Assembly (NCBI GenBank): GCA_013115145.1
Contig: JAAPAO010000058.1
Span: 34,994-98,993 of the forward strand
Length of the DNA: 64,000 nt
Direction of reading: 5' to 3'
DNA from: Perkinsus chesapeaki ATCC PRA-425
Taxonomy: Eukaryota > Protista > Perkinsozoa
Position numbers and translations under genes: made by a program. Of this stretch, positions 50,004-61,889 are shown one piece after another (positions within the stretch are counted from its first letter, which is position 1; each line of letters starts with the position of its first letter). Under the pieces are notes generated by a model. That model ran no database searches and was not told the origin of the DNA. It saw only the letters and a program-made list of their open reading frames with translations.

Positions 50004-53000
50004 TTACGTTAAACCATTTTCCTCCTCTGAGCTCTCTGGAGTTGTGGCTTGAGATGCCTGGGCACTCCGTATAGAAGCCTCGTGAATGTAACAGGCTAAA
50101 CTCCTGGCACGCGACACCACATACTCGTGGACTTCATTTGCTCGTCTGGAGAAGTTGGTTAGCGGCATTATTGCAGGCAGCAGCCTTACTTGGTGTAATC
50201 GCTGTCACGACCATTATAGGTTACGCAGTTGTCCCGCATGAGATCTATGTCCTCTATAAACTCCTCTCGAGTTCGATACTGTCCCTGATACCAATTGACA
50301 ATGTAGCTAGTCCAATAGAAATAGTGAGTTGTACCGTATCACACTTATTTTTCATGGTCTGTAGGTCCATGGGGAATTTGATAATATCATGGTAGTTCGG
50401 GGCTTCCTTGATTCTCACTGGTTCTCGGAAGGGCCAGGCTGAATACAGAACAGGTATTTCCGTATATGCGTTGCTATAATATACCGTATGGCTTCTTTGA
50501 CACAGCTGCTATGATGCTGGACATCTGCCCTTGTAATGTACCTATCCGGATATAAGGCCTACAAGGAGGACTGCATCTGCTTACTCTGCCGGCTGTTTTG
50601 ATGCACTTCATCCAGTTCTGGCGTCCAACCACACTCCATCACACCAGGTATTGCCATTGGATCTGATGAGGGGTCACCGGACAGAGCCCAGAGGTGTCTG
50701 ATACCTTTGGCCTTTCCATCCCCGAAATCGAGTCCTTCGAAAGCTTCCTCTGGCAGTCTGCTATACCTGACATCGCTCCAGCTTCACAACCGTGGCCTTC
50801 TGGTAAGTCTTTTACATCAAGTCATCCCAAACCTTTTGAGCGAGCTCTTCAAGGCAAGGGCCGAGATCTAAATAGTTTATCTACCATAAAGCATCACTAT
50901 TGTACAAGGGTAATATCTTTTACATTCTCAAACAGCTTGCAACCCATCAGACTCCCTCCATCATAGTCTTTGATGAACCTACCCCAGTTGTGGCAAAACT
51001 AAGTTCATTTTCCCAAACATACCCGTTCCACTGGGCCTTAGGGAACGACAGGTGCTTAGTGAACCCTTGCCGTTTAAAGTAGCCGATGGCTGAGAAAAGA
51101 CGTATGTCATCAAAGACAGACAGGATGGGCTACCATGGTTATCAGCATATGTGAGGAAGTAGTGGACACCAATGGACTTAGCATACCTTAAGGACCGCAA
51201 GGTAAAGGAGGAACAAGTGATCCTCGCTGGCTTACTCTTTCATGTGGTTCATCAATCGTGTACCATTGCCTTGGATCTGACCAACAGGGCTTCCTTTGAA
51301 TGCCGACTCAAGAGGCTGCTTACCTGGTGGAATGACCGCACTGCTAGGAATGCTATCTCTATGAAGTGGGTCTGAAACTGTCGAAAGCAGCAACCTCCAA
51401 GGATGGAGCTGAAACAAGAACATCCCCGTTCACGGCGGCAGGGTCCAAGGCGGGCATTACTCTCCTCGTATCATTACCATGGTCTCGTGCTTGCTGTCGA
51501 ACATAAGCCTTGAGAGATAGGCTTTGGGCATCTGCCAAAGAGATGACAGATCGATCCGAGGCCCTAGGGACAGCTCACCCGCGGCAGCTGCCGTGAGAAT
51601 ATATTCTTCACCACCAGAAGCTTCAGCATCTTCTCCTCTGTTGCGTTCGCATGAGATACCAACTCGAAGGTGATGCCCAGATCTGCTGGGGTGCTGGACA
51701 GCGGCGTCTCGTACGCATCTGACCGCAGAGGACCGTGCCTTCTCAGCCTTAGGTCACTTGAGGCCCACCGTGACTAGACCCTTCACTCCCCTCACTGGCT
51801 TCAGTAGCCCGCCCAGGAGTAACCTTCATAAAATATAACTAGACAGGATTTCCGTGCCATCGAACGGGTGAGACACTTCACCAAGGAGGTTCAGAATTAG
51901 GGCTCCGGCGATCCAAGAGTTGGTTCAGTTCCCATACTATGCAACGCAAAACAACTCCAATGGAGACAATAAGAATTAGTGTGGCGTCTACGAGAGACAT
52001 GGTGCATGACTTCATGCTCTCTTAAAGCCAAGCGACAGTCCCAACAGCCCCGGCAATATTGGCTTGCTCTGCGTTGGGATATCCGACACCACAGCAGCTG
52101 TTTCAGCTTCCTCCACCAGCGTGGTGCCTGCAATCGGGAACTGACCAGATAAAGAAAGCGCAAACCCGCGATCACTCTGTTCGATAATCCTTGCCAGACT
52201 CCCCAAGTCCTTCGCTTTCCCTATCATAGAGAGCTTCCTTGCAATCTCATAGTCCCCTGCGCCGACTGCCCTTCTCCTAGGCTCTTGTCAAGACATTAGC
52301 ACCGGCGGTCTGCCTTACCCAGCAGCGGCATTCTTCTTGGATGAGCTCTCAAGCCGCGGTAACGGAACCCCCGACGTCTCCGCAGTGCCTGAGAGCGTTT
52401 GTCACTCAGGGGCCTGAAGGACTTGGGTGGTTCTTCTTACTGTAGGCCTTCCTTCGGCGAGCATCAGACCGTGACTGACATCACAAATGCTTGCCAAAGT
52501 GATTCCTTTTTTTTCAGGAAATCAGGTAAGGGACGATCGACATAGTAGCCTGTTGTCGTTCACGACATTGAGAGCAGACGAAACTCGAAACCGCGTCCCA
52601 TCTCGACCTCGGCTTACTCGGGCCTTCATACCAAAGGGGGAGAACTTCACCACTTGCTCGTACAAGGCATTCGGATCGGATTCCTCGAGCTGCTTGTGGA
52701 ACTGAACAATGTCATCCTTGTACTGCCTCATTCGCATACGTATCTGTTGAGCTTTTAAATTTCTTGTCGATTCAGCCGACTGTACGTAATCATCATCTGT
52801 GTACAACCAGCGCCGTTTCTGAGCTCGCAGCTGGCCTAGATCCTCGTAATGTACGAAAGGATTTCTGTCCTCAATTTTCCGCGGCTTCACTCTGGGCGCC
52901 ACTCCTATTGTCTGGAAGCCTCCAATGTGGCACCGAGTTCAACAACAACAACAACAACTACCAGCTGCTCCTTTGGACCGGTGTGGTGGCGGACCATCTC

Positions 53001-54415
53001 AGGCAGTATCACATGGGAAGCTATGTCCGTTGCCACTGAGGGGAGGTGCCTGCGATGACGCTACGCTGGCCCACAACGGGAAGACTTGGTTACCCCCGTT
53101 TCGGACGAGAATATGACTTAGGCCTGTTTTTGCTTTCCCCAGAGCTTAAAGTCACTGAGGAAAAAGCGTTCGTGGAATAGAAGGTCGTGCCTTGGGACTC
53201 TTCAGCGACTCTTCTCGCCAGTGAGTCTACCAGGCATAATGTGCATGATTATCGTTACTGACCCTACCAGGCTCCAAGAGGGGTCGGCCATCAGCATCCT
53301 TCAGGACACGACAGAGCAACAAGGCGTGCTTACGAAGTCGCCTGCTTTCTATTGTCTCCCTACCCGACATAGTGCACAGGAAATCGGCGTATTCTACTCT
53401 GATTAGAGTAGCTCGCTGACCGACCGTCTAACTAGCAAAGTTCACCTAGTTAGAACCGCTAATTCGGCTGCTTCCCTTAGGAGTGCCACCGCCTGGAATG
53501 CGGATACGGTTAGATTAGGACAATAATGACTGACTGTCTGCGAGCCATCGGTGTTGCCCTCCCTCATTCTTTTCAAAGCCTCATCGGCGTCTGCAACTGC
53601 CCACGTAAATTCCTACAGTCCCACACGATTCGCGTAAGATCCACAGCATGGCCGCCGCACCGTCAAGGCCAATGCGATGTCTTTGTCACTAGAGTGTGGA
53701 TCGTCAACGATGAAGCGTGCAATTGCTAAAGCAGCACGACCTCGCTGGAGGATCGTACCGGGACCATCGTCCAGCCCACTGGCCCGGAGCCTATGAAGGC
53801 ACCTATTGAAGACCGGTGCGTAAATTATCTGTCCTGGCCAGATCTACCCTACAACTTTGCCCTCTGTAGCAAACCATCCCCAGTAGGTGGTTGAGGCTGT
53901 TCCGCTGCCATTTCGGAGTTGTCTAGGATGATGTCCTTCAATTCGGACAGGCTCAAAGCCTCCTTATTCGATACTCCACCACTGGAAGCTGAGACTATGC
54001 CTGCTTTTGGTCCGTGTATGTCCCAACCAACCATCTATAAAGCCTCCGCTAGGGTCACTGCAAAGGCCGTGGAGGGATATCAAATATGGTCGCTTCTGTT
54101 TCGATTGCTTCTTTCCGCCGTATCTATTTTTGCCCAAGTTGAAAACTCAGTACGGTACAAGTCTGACATTTCCCATGGCCCTCCCAGCCCACCTTTCCCG
54201 TATTCTCTCCTTTAGTAGGGTATGACAGCTTGCACTAAGGCCTTGTACATAGGATTTAGCCTGTAGAAGGAATGCTATGAATAAAAGACCATCGAACCGC
54301 CCTTAACGTCTATTAGTGAGCTACTGCTCCCACCACTGATGAGGGAAGTCCTGCTATCCCAGCCGGTAGAGCCTGTCTGAGCTCGTGGGAGGGGATGAAG
54401 GGAGGGAAGGGACAT
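50004..54415 (-). CDS. GCN5: GCN5 histone acetyltransferase with bromodomain and long N-terminal extension
   Basis: [22 protein letters not shown]; IEIAFLAV; [15 protein letters not shown]; [17 protein letters not shown]; [11 protein letters not shown]; [12 protein letters not shown]; bromodomain [32 protein letters not shown]. Upstream exons splice in frame at least back to ~53400; the ATG at 54415 is tentative. Confidence 0.9.
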
Positions 54416-54484
54416 TGAAGGGGAAGTTACAATAAACGACGCAGGTTTTAGGTGCTCATTCAATTCACGGACGGTCCGTTTGCC

Positions 54485-54541
54485 GATTCTCCGCCTGCAC
54501 GCAGGCCCGGCCAGGGTTCGATCCCCGGCAGGTCGCTTTTT
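54485..54541 (+). pseudogene. tRNA-like 3' half (Gly/Asp-like) with B box and T-run
   Basis: GATTCTCCGCCTGCACGCAGG...GGGTTCGATCCCCGG followed by TTTTT resembles the anticodon and T arms of eukaryotic tRNA-Gly. It has a 6-nt anticodon loop, a T-stem mismatch, and no 5' acceptor strand that I could pair. Confidence 0.35.
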
Positions 54542-54618
54542 CTTTCCGTAATTGTCGCGAAGTCGGGCTCCCGACCACCTGCTGTTCTTCTGTGCATTGT
54601 CAGTCTGTCGCCATTACA

Positions 54619-56218
54619 ATGTCCACCGATCAACGGTACAAGAACGTCTCGGAAAATACTGTATACGTAGAAGGTACTCAGAAGGCTTCGATTGGACCGA
54701 TTCACCACTTGACCAGGAGCTTCTCTTGGAAATTATTATGACCCGCCCGACTGCACCCGAATTGTGCCGTAATCTCTGTTTCCCTCAGGCCTGCCCTTCA
54801 GCTGGACAGAGGAGGATATCTATAACCATTTCAAGGAGTGCGGTCAGATCCTTAGTGTTAGGGCTCCTAAATGGGAGGACAGTGGTCGACTGGTGGGAAG
54901 CCCGGCCCGTGGTGTCGTTAATGCGTGTGTTGTAGAGAGGATACGCTCACGTAACATTGGCCGATGAGAATGCTTTCGGTGAAGCTCTGAAGCTAGATGG
55001 TTCAAAAGCATGGGCAGGAGGCAGTGGTAGACAACGGTGGCTGAAGGTTACTGAGGCGAAGGCTGGCGGACAGGATAGTGGTAATAGGGGGTTCAGGCTT
55101 ATAAGGGAGGGCCAACACTAGTTTAATAAGCTATCTAGTAGATAGTATCTACCCCGTATGAAAGTAATCTGGAAAAACGTCTGATACCAGGGCCAATGTA
55201 CAATCAGTTCCAGACAGATGGCCGGTGAGAATTAGGGTTTANNNNNNNNNNNNNNNNNNNNNNNNNNNNNNNNNNNNNNNNNNNNNNNNNNNNNNNNNNN
55301 NNNNNNNNNNNNNNNNNNNNNNNNNNNNNNNNNNNNNNNNNATTGTGGCCGGTGGGAATTAGGGTTTAATTGTGGCCGGTGGGAATTAGGGTTTAATTGT
55401 GGCCGGTGGGAATTAGGGTTTAATTGTGGCCGGTGGGAATTGTCTGAATAACTGTGTACGAGGTGGCCCATCTTAGCATCGTCAAAAAGCAACTATCTAG
55501 GCTGATAGGCTAGAGCTTGTTGCACAGGAACTCGAGATCAACTGGGAGGGGGGATCGTTGCAACTTCGTGTACCTCTGCGTGTTCATGTCCGCTTCACGA
55601 AGGTGCATCTTCGTGGTCGCCAAAGCAGGTCGATGATAAAGCGAAGATTCTCTTTGTTAAGAACCTTCCTTGTAAGCTATGATAACCTCCAACCACAAAA
55701 ACTAGTCCCATCAGATGATATATCCGAGGTCGAAATTTCGAAGCTTTTCGCTAAAATGGGCGGCATTGACAACATTCGAGTGGTAACCGCTGGTCCGGAT
55801 CGCCGCAACAAAGGTAGTTTGGTAGGAACCTGGAGAGTTCCCTCTAGTTCCCCTTACAGGCTTCTGTTACGTCACGTTCGAGTCTACAGGCGTAGTGCGA
55901 CGGATATGTGCTAGAAAGGAGCCTTGGAAGTTAAAGGGAAGGACTTTACAACTCGATGCTGATGATGGCACTGGTATTACAGGACTGCTGTCGAAAGATG
56001 TCCATATGTTGCTGGTTTTAGGATTAAAGGCTGGCTTCCATTACCGTGCCGAAGCCTATGAGACGGGACATGGGCGGAAAGTAAAACGTCAGTATACTAA
56101 TGGGGAGGAGGCGAAGACTGCCGCGGAGGAGGCACCAAGAAAGAAGGGCAAGACAGGCAAGTCGAGACCAGAAACGGAAGGGATTTCTGTTACTAAAAAG
56201 TCACTACTTGACGATTGA
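54619..56218 (+). CDS. Two-RRM RNA-binding protein (nucleolar Nsr1/Gar2-like)
   Basis: MSTDQRYKNVSENTVYVEG|LPFSWTEEDIYNHFKECG; RGYAHVTL; second RRM EISKLFAKMGGIDNIRVV..CYVTFES; Lys-rich tail. Confidence 0.8.
55219..55441. repeat. 27-bp tandem minisatellite (ATTGTGGCCGGTGGGAATTAGGGTTTA)n, intronic, spans gap
   Basis: Three perfect units at 55342, 55369 and 55396, a partial unit at 55423-55441, and a partial variant unit left of the gap. Confidence 0.95.
55242..55341. other. Assembly gap (100 N)
   Basis: Run of exactly 100 N flanked on both sides by the same repeat. Confidence 1.
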
Positions 56219-56329
56219 TTACCGATGTTCAAAACCTAGCTGCCTTACGAGCTTAACGATAGTTTCCACTGTAAAAGTCATTGCCGTTAGAGCTGTTATA
56301 TTGGTGGGAGGTGGAGACTATGCATGTAG

Positions 56330-57000
56330 TACTGGTATGGCTCCACTCAACGGCACAGAGGACAGTCTAAGCAGTTCGCCTACTCCATCGTCCGAATCAT
56401 CTAGCTCAGAGGCAAGCTGCTGTCCATCACCTTCTCCATCGGAAAGCACAGCGTCTATATGTAGCAACACTGGGTAGGGATCAACTGCCTCTTCGAGCAG
56501 CTGGGATGCTACGGGCAGATTTCTGGATTACCTCTGGAGGGGGGAATACAACACAATAGCCACCAGCTCCATGTCAACATATGGCGAGAACACCCGAGGA
56601 TCAATGCTCAAGCTGTTCAACGTCCTTAAGGTCACAGGTCTTGATGCTGTAGTGGATGACATTCCTGTATTAGGCTGACTACGGCTTGGACAACACAAGC
56701 GTTTTTCTCGACATCGGATCCGGTAGAGGGATACCATCTCTTCTTGCAGCTTTGATCGTACCTGGTATAAAGGCATCCCTGGGGGTAGAGTTTGATAAAA
56801 ATGTGTAAGTCGCTATGCAGTGGAGGAGCAGACTATACGGCTGATGGTAGATACTTCCTCTCCCTCCTGCATCACTTTGAGACTCTTCAAGAAGTCCATG
56901 GATTGGGCAGTGGTACGAACGGGAGGAGCACTGGGAACGTACGAGTAGAGGTCTAATAGGAGGATGTTTGGTAACAGGAATCAACTCCACCGACTCAATC
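56330..57000 (-). CDS. Possible hypothetical spliced gene or remnant
   Basis: Segments MDFLKSLKVMQEGEEV.., MPLYQVRSKLQEEMVSLY.. and NLPVASQLLEEAVDPYPV.. are bounded by plausible splice sites, but the last join does not resolve cleanly. Confidence 0.3.
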
Positions 57001-59309
57001 AGAGATGACCACGTCCTTGACCTTAAACACTCAGCCCTTGAATATTCACTTTAAGCTCATGAATGCTGCTCATCTGACACAGTTCGAGCCAGTAAGATCG
57101 TCTATGTCTTCGACCGATGAAAATGCGGCAGTCAGGTGACCCATATATACACCTTCGATCTTGCAATGCCTCCCGATTATATAGCTCACTTCGTAAAGCT
57201 CTTTAATCAATCCACAACATGCCGAGTGTAATATTTAAATAGCCCTATGGATTGGCTACTGGTTGGTCGAGGCAGATACGTAAGTTACCGATCGGATCTG
57301 GTGTCCAGCTTTGGCATGAAGGCAACGTTGTGTGAGAAGATCCTGATGACGATGACAACCAGCTCAGAAGACCACACTGCATATGTGTAAGTATTGTACT
57401 AGTAATCGCTACTGTATGTAAGTTACAAAGCAGGTATGTACGAGGAACAAAAGGTCATGCTGAAGATGCATATATGACACGAGCGGAGACAGTACAGTCA
57501 CTCTGTGCAACACTTAGAGCCAGACTAAGGTAATGCGGTAAGGGGTTCCAGCTGGACTCTGCCGTCCTGATGGTGGGTATGTCTCAGGGACCCTCGGTCA
57601 GACGATCTCGAGACAACTTGTATGCATCTCGTTCAAATGGCAACACGTCCTTTAGATCAACAAGTTGCTGAGCTACAGGTAAGAGGGCCCACAGATCATA
57701 TCACAATGGTCACGATCACAACCGCAATCTCAACGCAGCTCAAATCGCTCTGGCAGTCCTTGGCATACGGCTGGTGGCATGGCGATGGCGCACTATCTAA
57801 GGAGAGGCGGACCTGTAGGACCAAAGCAAATAGACATGGACATCACTCTCCCCCTAAAGCAACCACTGTCAGACCAAAAAAACGGAAACGTTGAGTTTCA
57901 ATTCCTTGTGATGTTGTGTTGTTAGCTATATATTGAGGGAATTGACGCCGTTCAAGATAGCGTACATATCCAAAACTGGTTGCAGAGCTCGTGGCCCAAT
58001 ACGATTGACACGGAACCGTCCTAACGGTGAAGTGGATCTTCCGGTTTCAGATTCGTGTTCTCAAATTCGCCCGTCGAGACGAAATTCATGTTCCTAAGTG
58101 AGAACTTGATTTTAAAAAGGTGTAGTAGTTCATCTGACTACAACTCATTGAACGACCATTTCAATGAACACGCGAGATGCGGTAGGTGGGCAGTCCAACT
58201 CGCCCGACCTACCTCATCACACTCTACTAGAGTGACTCTAGAAAATCTATGTCACAAACCCGGCAGTCGTCTCGAATAAATGTGGTCAACTACGTTAACC
58301 CTTAGTAAAACTCTATCAGTGTAGATAAACAACGCAGCAAAGATAAGGAGGGTAAGATAACTCACTAACGCAGACTTGAAACTTGGAGCATATTATAATA
58401 ATGAACACAAGGGTCGTGTAATACGACCTGTAGCGTGTGACGTGGCGCGGAATACATCTTATGCTCACGGGAGTACAGAGAAGCACAGGAAGCGCAGGTT
58501 CCGAATTCAGAAGCTCTGGGAAAAACAGTGACGACTCCGTTGGGTATATTATTTCTGAATCTCCCAATTAAAAAGCTTTATCGCACTTTCCCGGCATGGC
58601 CGCACCGCCTATGTACCTTACTCTGATAAGCTCCATGAGAATATGATTCCTAGCATCACATTCGTTTGCCGCGATCAGTTCCCATGACTCCTGTATTTGA
58701 ATTATTGCATTGCCCAGTCTGGCAACAACTGAATCTAAACACGGAAAGCCAAATTCCAAATTGCAGCCGCTCGGGGGAATATTGGAGACATCGTATTAGA
58801 TGCCGATTAAGTTGAGTAGGCCGAGAGCTGAGGGAGCCTTTATGCAATCTCAACCGCGCTAGGGACACGCACCAATGGAGAGAGTACTAGTAGACCCGCC
58901 GGCTCTACACGATGTTGCACTCGATGCTTTTCTATTTTCTCACTGATGAATATTCAAAGTGTGCACGTGCTGTGACATATCCCATGGGAATCGCGTGATG
59001 CGCCAGGGAGCTGACGCGCCCTGGGTCCCAAACTCGGCTGTGACGCTGAGATAATCCAAAGCCAATCATGTATATGATAGGCAATACTGATAGACGTGGA
59101 CGACGCAGTATGGTCCGGAGTCGACAACGCGGAAGAATAGGAGAAAGAGGGCGGCTTCTGGCCTGGTAAACTCAGCGCCTGGTCTGTGACGATGTCTATC
59201 TCGCTCCATCGAGACGCTCTGCCTGTTTTGATCGCAAGACCACTGTGTTCAAACAGTGTGTATACCTTCGCTGCTATTGACCGAGAACCATATCCTTTTC
59301 TGTTCAACT

Positions 59310-60422
59310 ATGTCCATTGGAACTTGGCACCGCCCTTTGTTATGGCTGGGATATGTCTGCTTACTGCAGGCCGGCGTGGGTGAGGTTCTGAGAGCTGATA
59401 TTGTGCATAGATATATGCCTGGTCATGGCGACGGCCTATTCTGCACGTTTGATTCCGGGCCGAAACACATCTGGGCCCTAGTCGATACGGGATCACCGGA
59501 CTTTTTCTTCGTCTGGAAAGGTTGGTACGAAAGCGAGGTCGGTGTTGGATCATGTGCTAACCTTGCAGCTGGTTGCTACACATGTACATCTCCTTGCGTA
59601 CCTGGTGAGGTATTTGAATTAGCATTCGATGACGGTGTCGAAGTCGAAGTGTTCGAACATCAAGGCACCGTCAGAATTGGTTCCACCGAAGTCCCTAACG
59701 TGCACTTCGGTTTGATGTGTGACCAGGATCCCCCTCCTACAGAGCAGGCGCCCATAAGCGTACTTGGCCTTTCACCTTTCGTCGAATACGATTTTAATTC
59801 TCTGTTGGAGCAGTTGGTGGATGCCAAAAGGATAGAGTCGCTGACCTTTGCGATCTATCTTCAGCTAGCTGATAATCCCAAGGGTGAGCTACTTCTCGGT
59901 GGAGGTGACCCGACCATCTATAAGCATCCACTGCAATATGTGAAGCTCAACAGTCATGATGAGTATACGATCACTTTGAAAAGCCTACAAGTTGGTGATG
60001 GCTATCTGCCTATCGGCATCAATCAAGATCTACTGCTCGACACTGGTACTAATTACCTTCGTGTCCCACAGCCTTACTTTGATGACTTGCTTGGCCGAAT
60101 TGTGCATGGCGCTAGGAAGTCTGCCGGAGCCATAATCCCTTTCACTTGGGATGAAGAGGCCAAAGTTTGGAGTTTTCCCTGCCTTTATCGGTCCTATCTG
60201 CCGCCGCTCAGGTTGGGGCTTGGATACAAAGGAGACGCCATTTTAGTCCTTAATAATGCTAATTATGTTCGCGTATTCGTCACTGAGTGTGATTTGACTA
60301 TTCGCAAAACACCAGACTCCCAGTGGGCGCTCCCGGCCGAGGGATTTATCGGTAAGTATTTCGAGTTCCAGCAAGAACAGGGTAGAGTGGGCTTTGCTGA
60401 CTTGGCTACCGGCAGGATGTGA
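59310..60422 (+). CDS. Pepsin-like (A1) aspartic protease, secreted, intronless, copy 1
   Basis: Signal peptide MSIGTWHRPLLWLGYVCLLQAGVG; catalytic ALVDTGS and LLLDTGT; GELLLGG; C-terminal FEFQQEQGRVGFA. Confidence 0.93.
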   Translation: MSIGTWHRPLLWLGYVCLLQAGVGEVLRADIVHRYMPGHGDGLFCTFDSGPKHIWALVDTGSPDFFFVWKGWYESEVGVGSCANLAAGCYTCTSPCVPGEVFELAFDDGVEVEVFEHQGTVRIGSTEVPNVHFGLMCDQDPPPTEQAPISVLGLSPFVEYDFNSLLEQLVDAKRIESLTFAIYLQLADNPKGELLLGGGDPTIYKHPLQYVKLNSHDEYTITLKSLQVGDGYLPIGINQDLLLDTGTNYLRVPQPYFDDLLGRIVHGARKSAGAIIPFTWDEEAKVWSFPCLYRSYLPPLRLGLGYKGDAILVLNNANYVRVFVTECDLTIRKTPDSQWALPAEGFIGKYFEFQQEQGRVGFADLATGRM

Positions 60423-61889
60423 TGTTCAGTTGGAGAGTTCTGGAATGGGAAAAAGTGAGATATATTATTGTGTTTAATCGCCTTCCAATACTCTATGCGG
60501 AGCTCCCAGGCTCATCCTCCTTCGGAATTCAAGTTGTGTTGCGTCATTCTTGATGGATCTCGTTCAATAAGCCGCCCCGTCAGAAAAGGAATAGAAAGCA
60601 TCGTCGTCAAACGCCAACTGCAGATTTTCACCGACGATGGACTGATGCCACATGAACTAAGAATGGAAACCCGGCAGATGCTGCCAGTCAGTATGGTCAC
60701 GCTGATCATACTTCCGCTGAGCACCTTGCAACCGTTCCACTGGGACCTCGTTTGTCTTTGCATCGTCCAACTAACTTATGGGCAGCGTGCTTCGACACAT
60801 AGTATTCCACCAACACTGTTAGATATTCGTTGAAGACTGCCCGTTGGCTAACCCGAGAATATGAGCTCACAACAACTTGCATGATGCCAGTTGCATGTCT
60901 CCTGCTCGATGGAACCCCCGCGGACCGCGGTACCATCTGCCGGTGCTTTTCCTTGAACCTAGGACCGCGATGGTTCAAACGTAGAAATTTTGAGTGAGTG
61001 TTTTTTCCGACTGGTTGAGGGGGTGGGCTTGAGATCCACAGTGGATCATTCACTGGACAAGCGTGGGCTCGAACCCCTTAGCACTCACCGTATACTGCAT
61101 TGTAAGCGTCGGCGTATAACTGGTCTACTCGTACCCCTTCACGAGGGGCCTGTGAAAAAGGGTATTATATTAGCCGAGCCTCGGTTTAGCCTAATATTTG
61201 TCCCCATCCTTGAGGCATAGGATATCGCACCGCACACTCCGCCACTACTGGTAAACCAGCGCTAGAATCCACATAACGGGCAGCTAGACTAACTCGCAAG
61301 TGACGTCTAACATGCCCGCTCGACAGGACTAACAAAAGCATCGGCTTAGAAGTTTAGTGCGAGTTTGGCTAGAGTGTGGTGGAGACAGAGATTGTCTCCT
61401 GCTTTTCTTCGGATTCTCTGATTCCTTTTCTCTGAAAGGAACCTGTGGAACTCGTAGTGTGACGAAGTCCTCATATCTTTGCTAAGCTGCTCTGTGCACA
61501 TTATTATTCCTGAGAATGGACAGCTTTTCTGTATGCGTGCAACTGTGGAGACAGTTGGTTTTGTCACGCTGTTACGCTAGTAGTACTGATAATTTTGTCA
61601 AATTCGAGTGCGCCGGTTAGTTTACGCGAGACCGCCCGAGGCCAACCGAGCACATCATATAACTGAAAGCAGCTGAGGAGGGCGTGGTATGCCACCTTGC
61701 GTCCGCAAAGGAAATATGAGCAACCGAGCGAGTTGTAGACTAGTGACGTATCCCAATATTGACAGCTCGGCGTTCTGTCTCTGATGCCGTCTCCTTGTCT
61801 TCTCTCCCCGCTTTGATCGAGAGGCCACAATAGTTGAACAGTGAGTTTATTCTCGCTGGTATCGTTAATCAACCACCCCTTGTTCTATT

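Noticed and set aside
55219-55441. CRISPR array or true telomere
   Set aside because: Units are head-to-tail with no unique spacers and no cas genes nearby. The array is internal and flanked by exons, not a pure (TTTAGGG)n end.
55232-55492. Minus-strand ORF with NSHRPQLNP repeats
   Set aside because: It is just the 27-bp minisatellite read in a stop-free frame, antisense within an intron of the RRM gene and spanning an N gap. There is no other evidence of coding.
57640-57800. TnpB/Fanzor-like C-terminal motif (NTSFRSTSC*..HNRNLNAAQI)
   Set aside because: In-frame stop, no zinc-finger Cys pairs, Asn in place of the RuvC-III Asp, and no upstream RuvC-I/II motifs found; probably chance. A frameshift-aware HMM search would settle it.
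57200-59250. Additional gene or protease pseudogene in the long spacer
   Set aside because: Only short interrupted frames and scattered GTAAG words; no motif strong enough to support a call.
61040-61140. Second tRNA-like sequence on the minus strand (GGTTCGAGCCC)
   Set aside because: The acceptor, anticodon and T stems do not pair adequately; only a B-box-like word is present.
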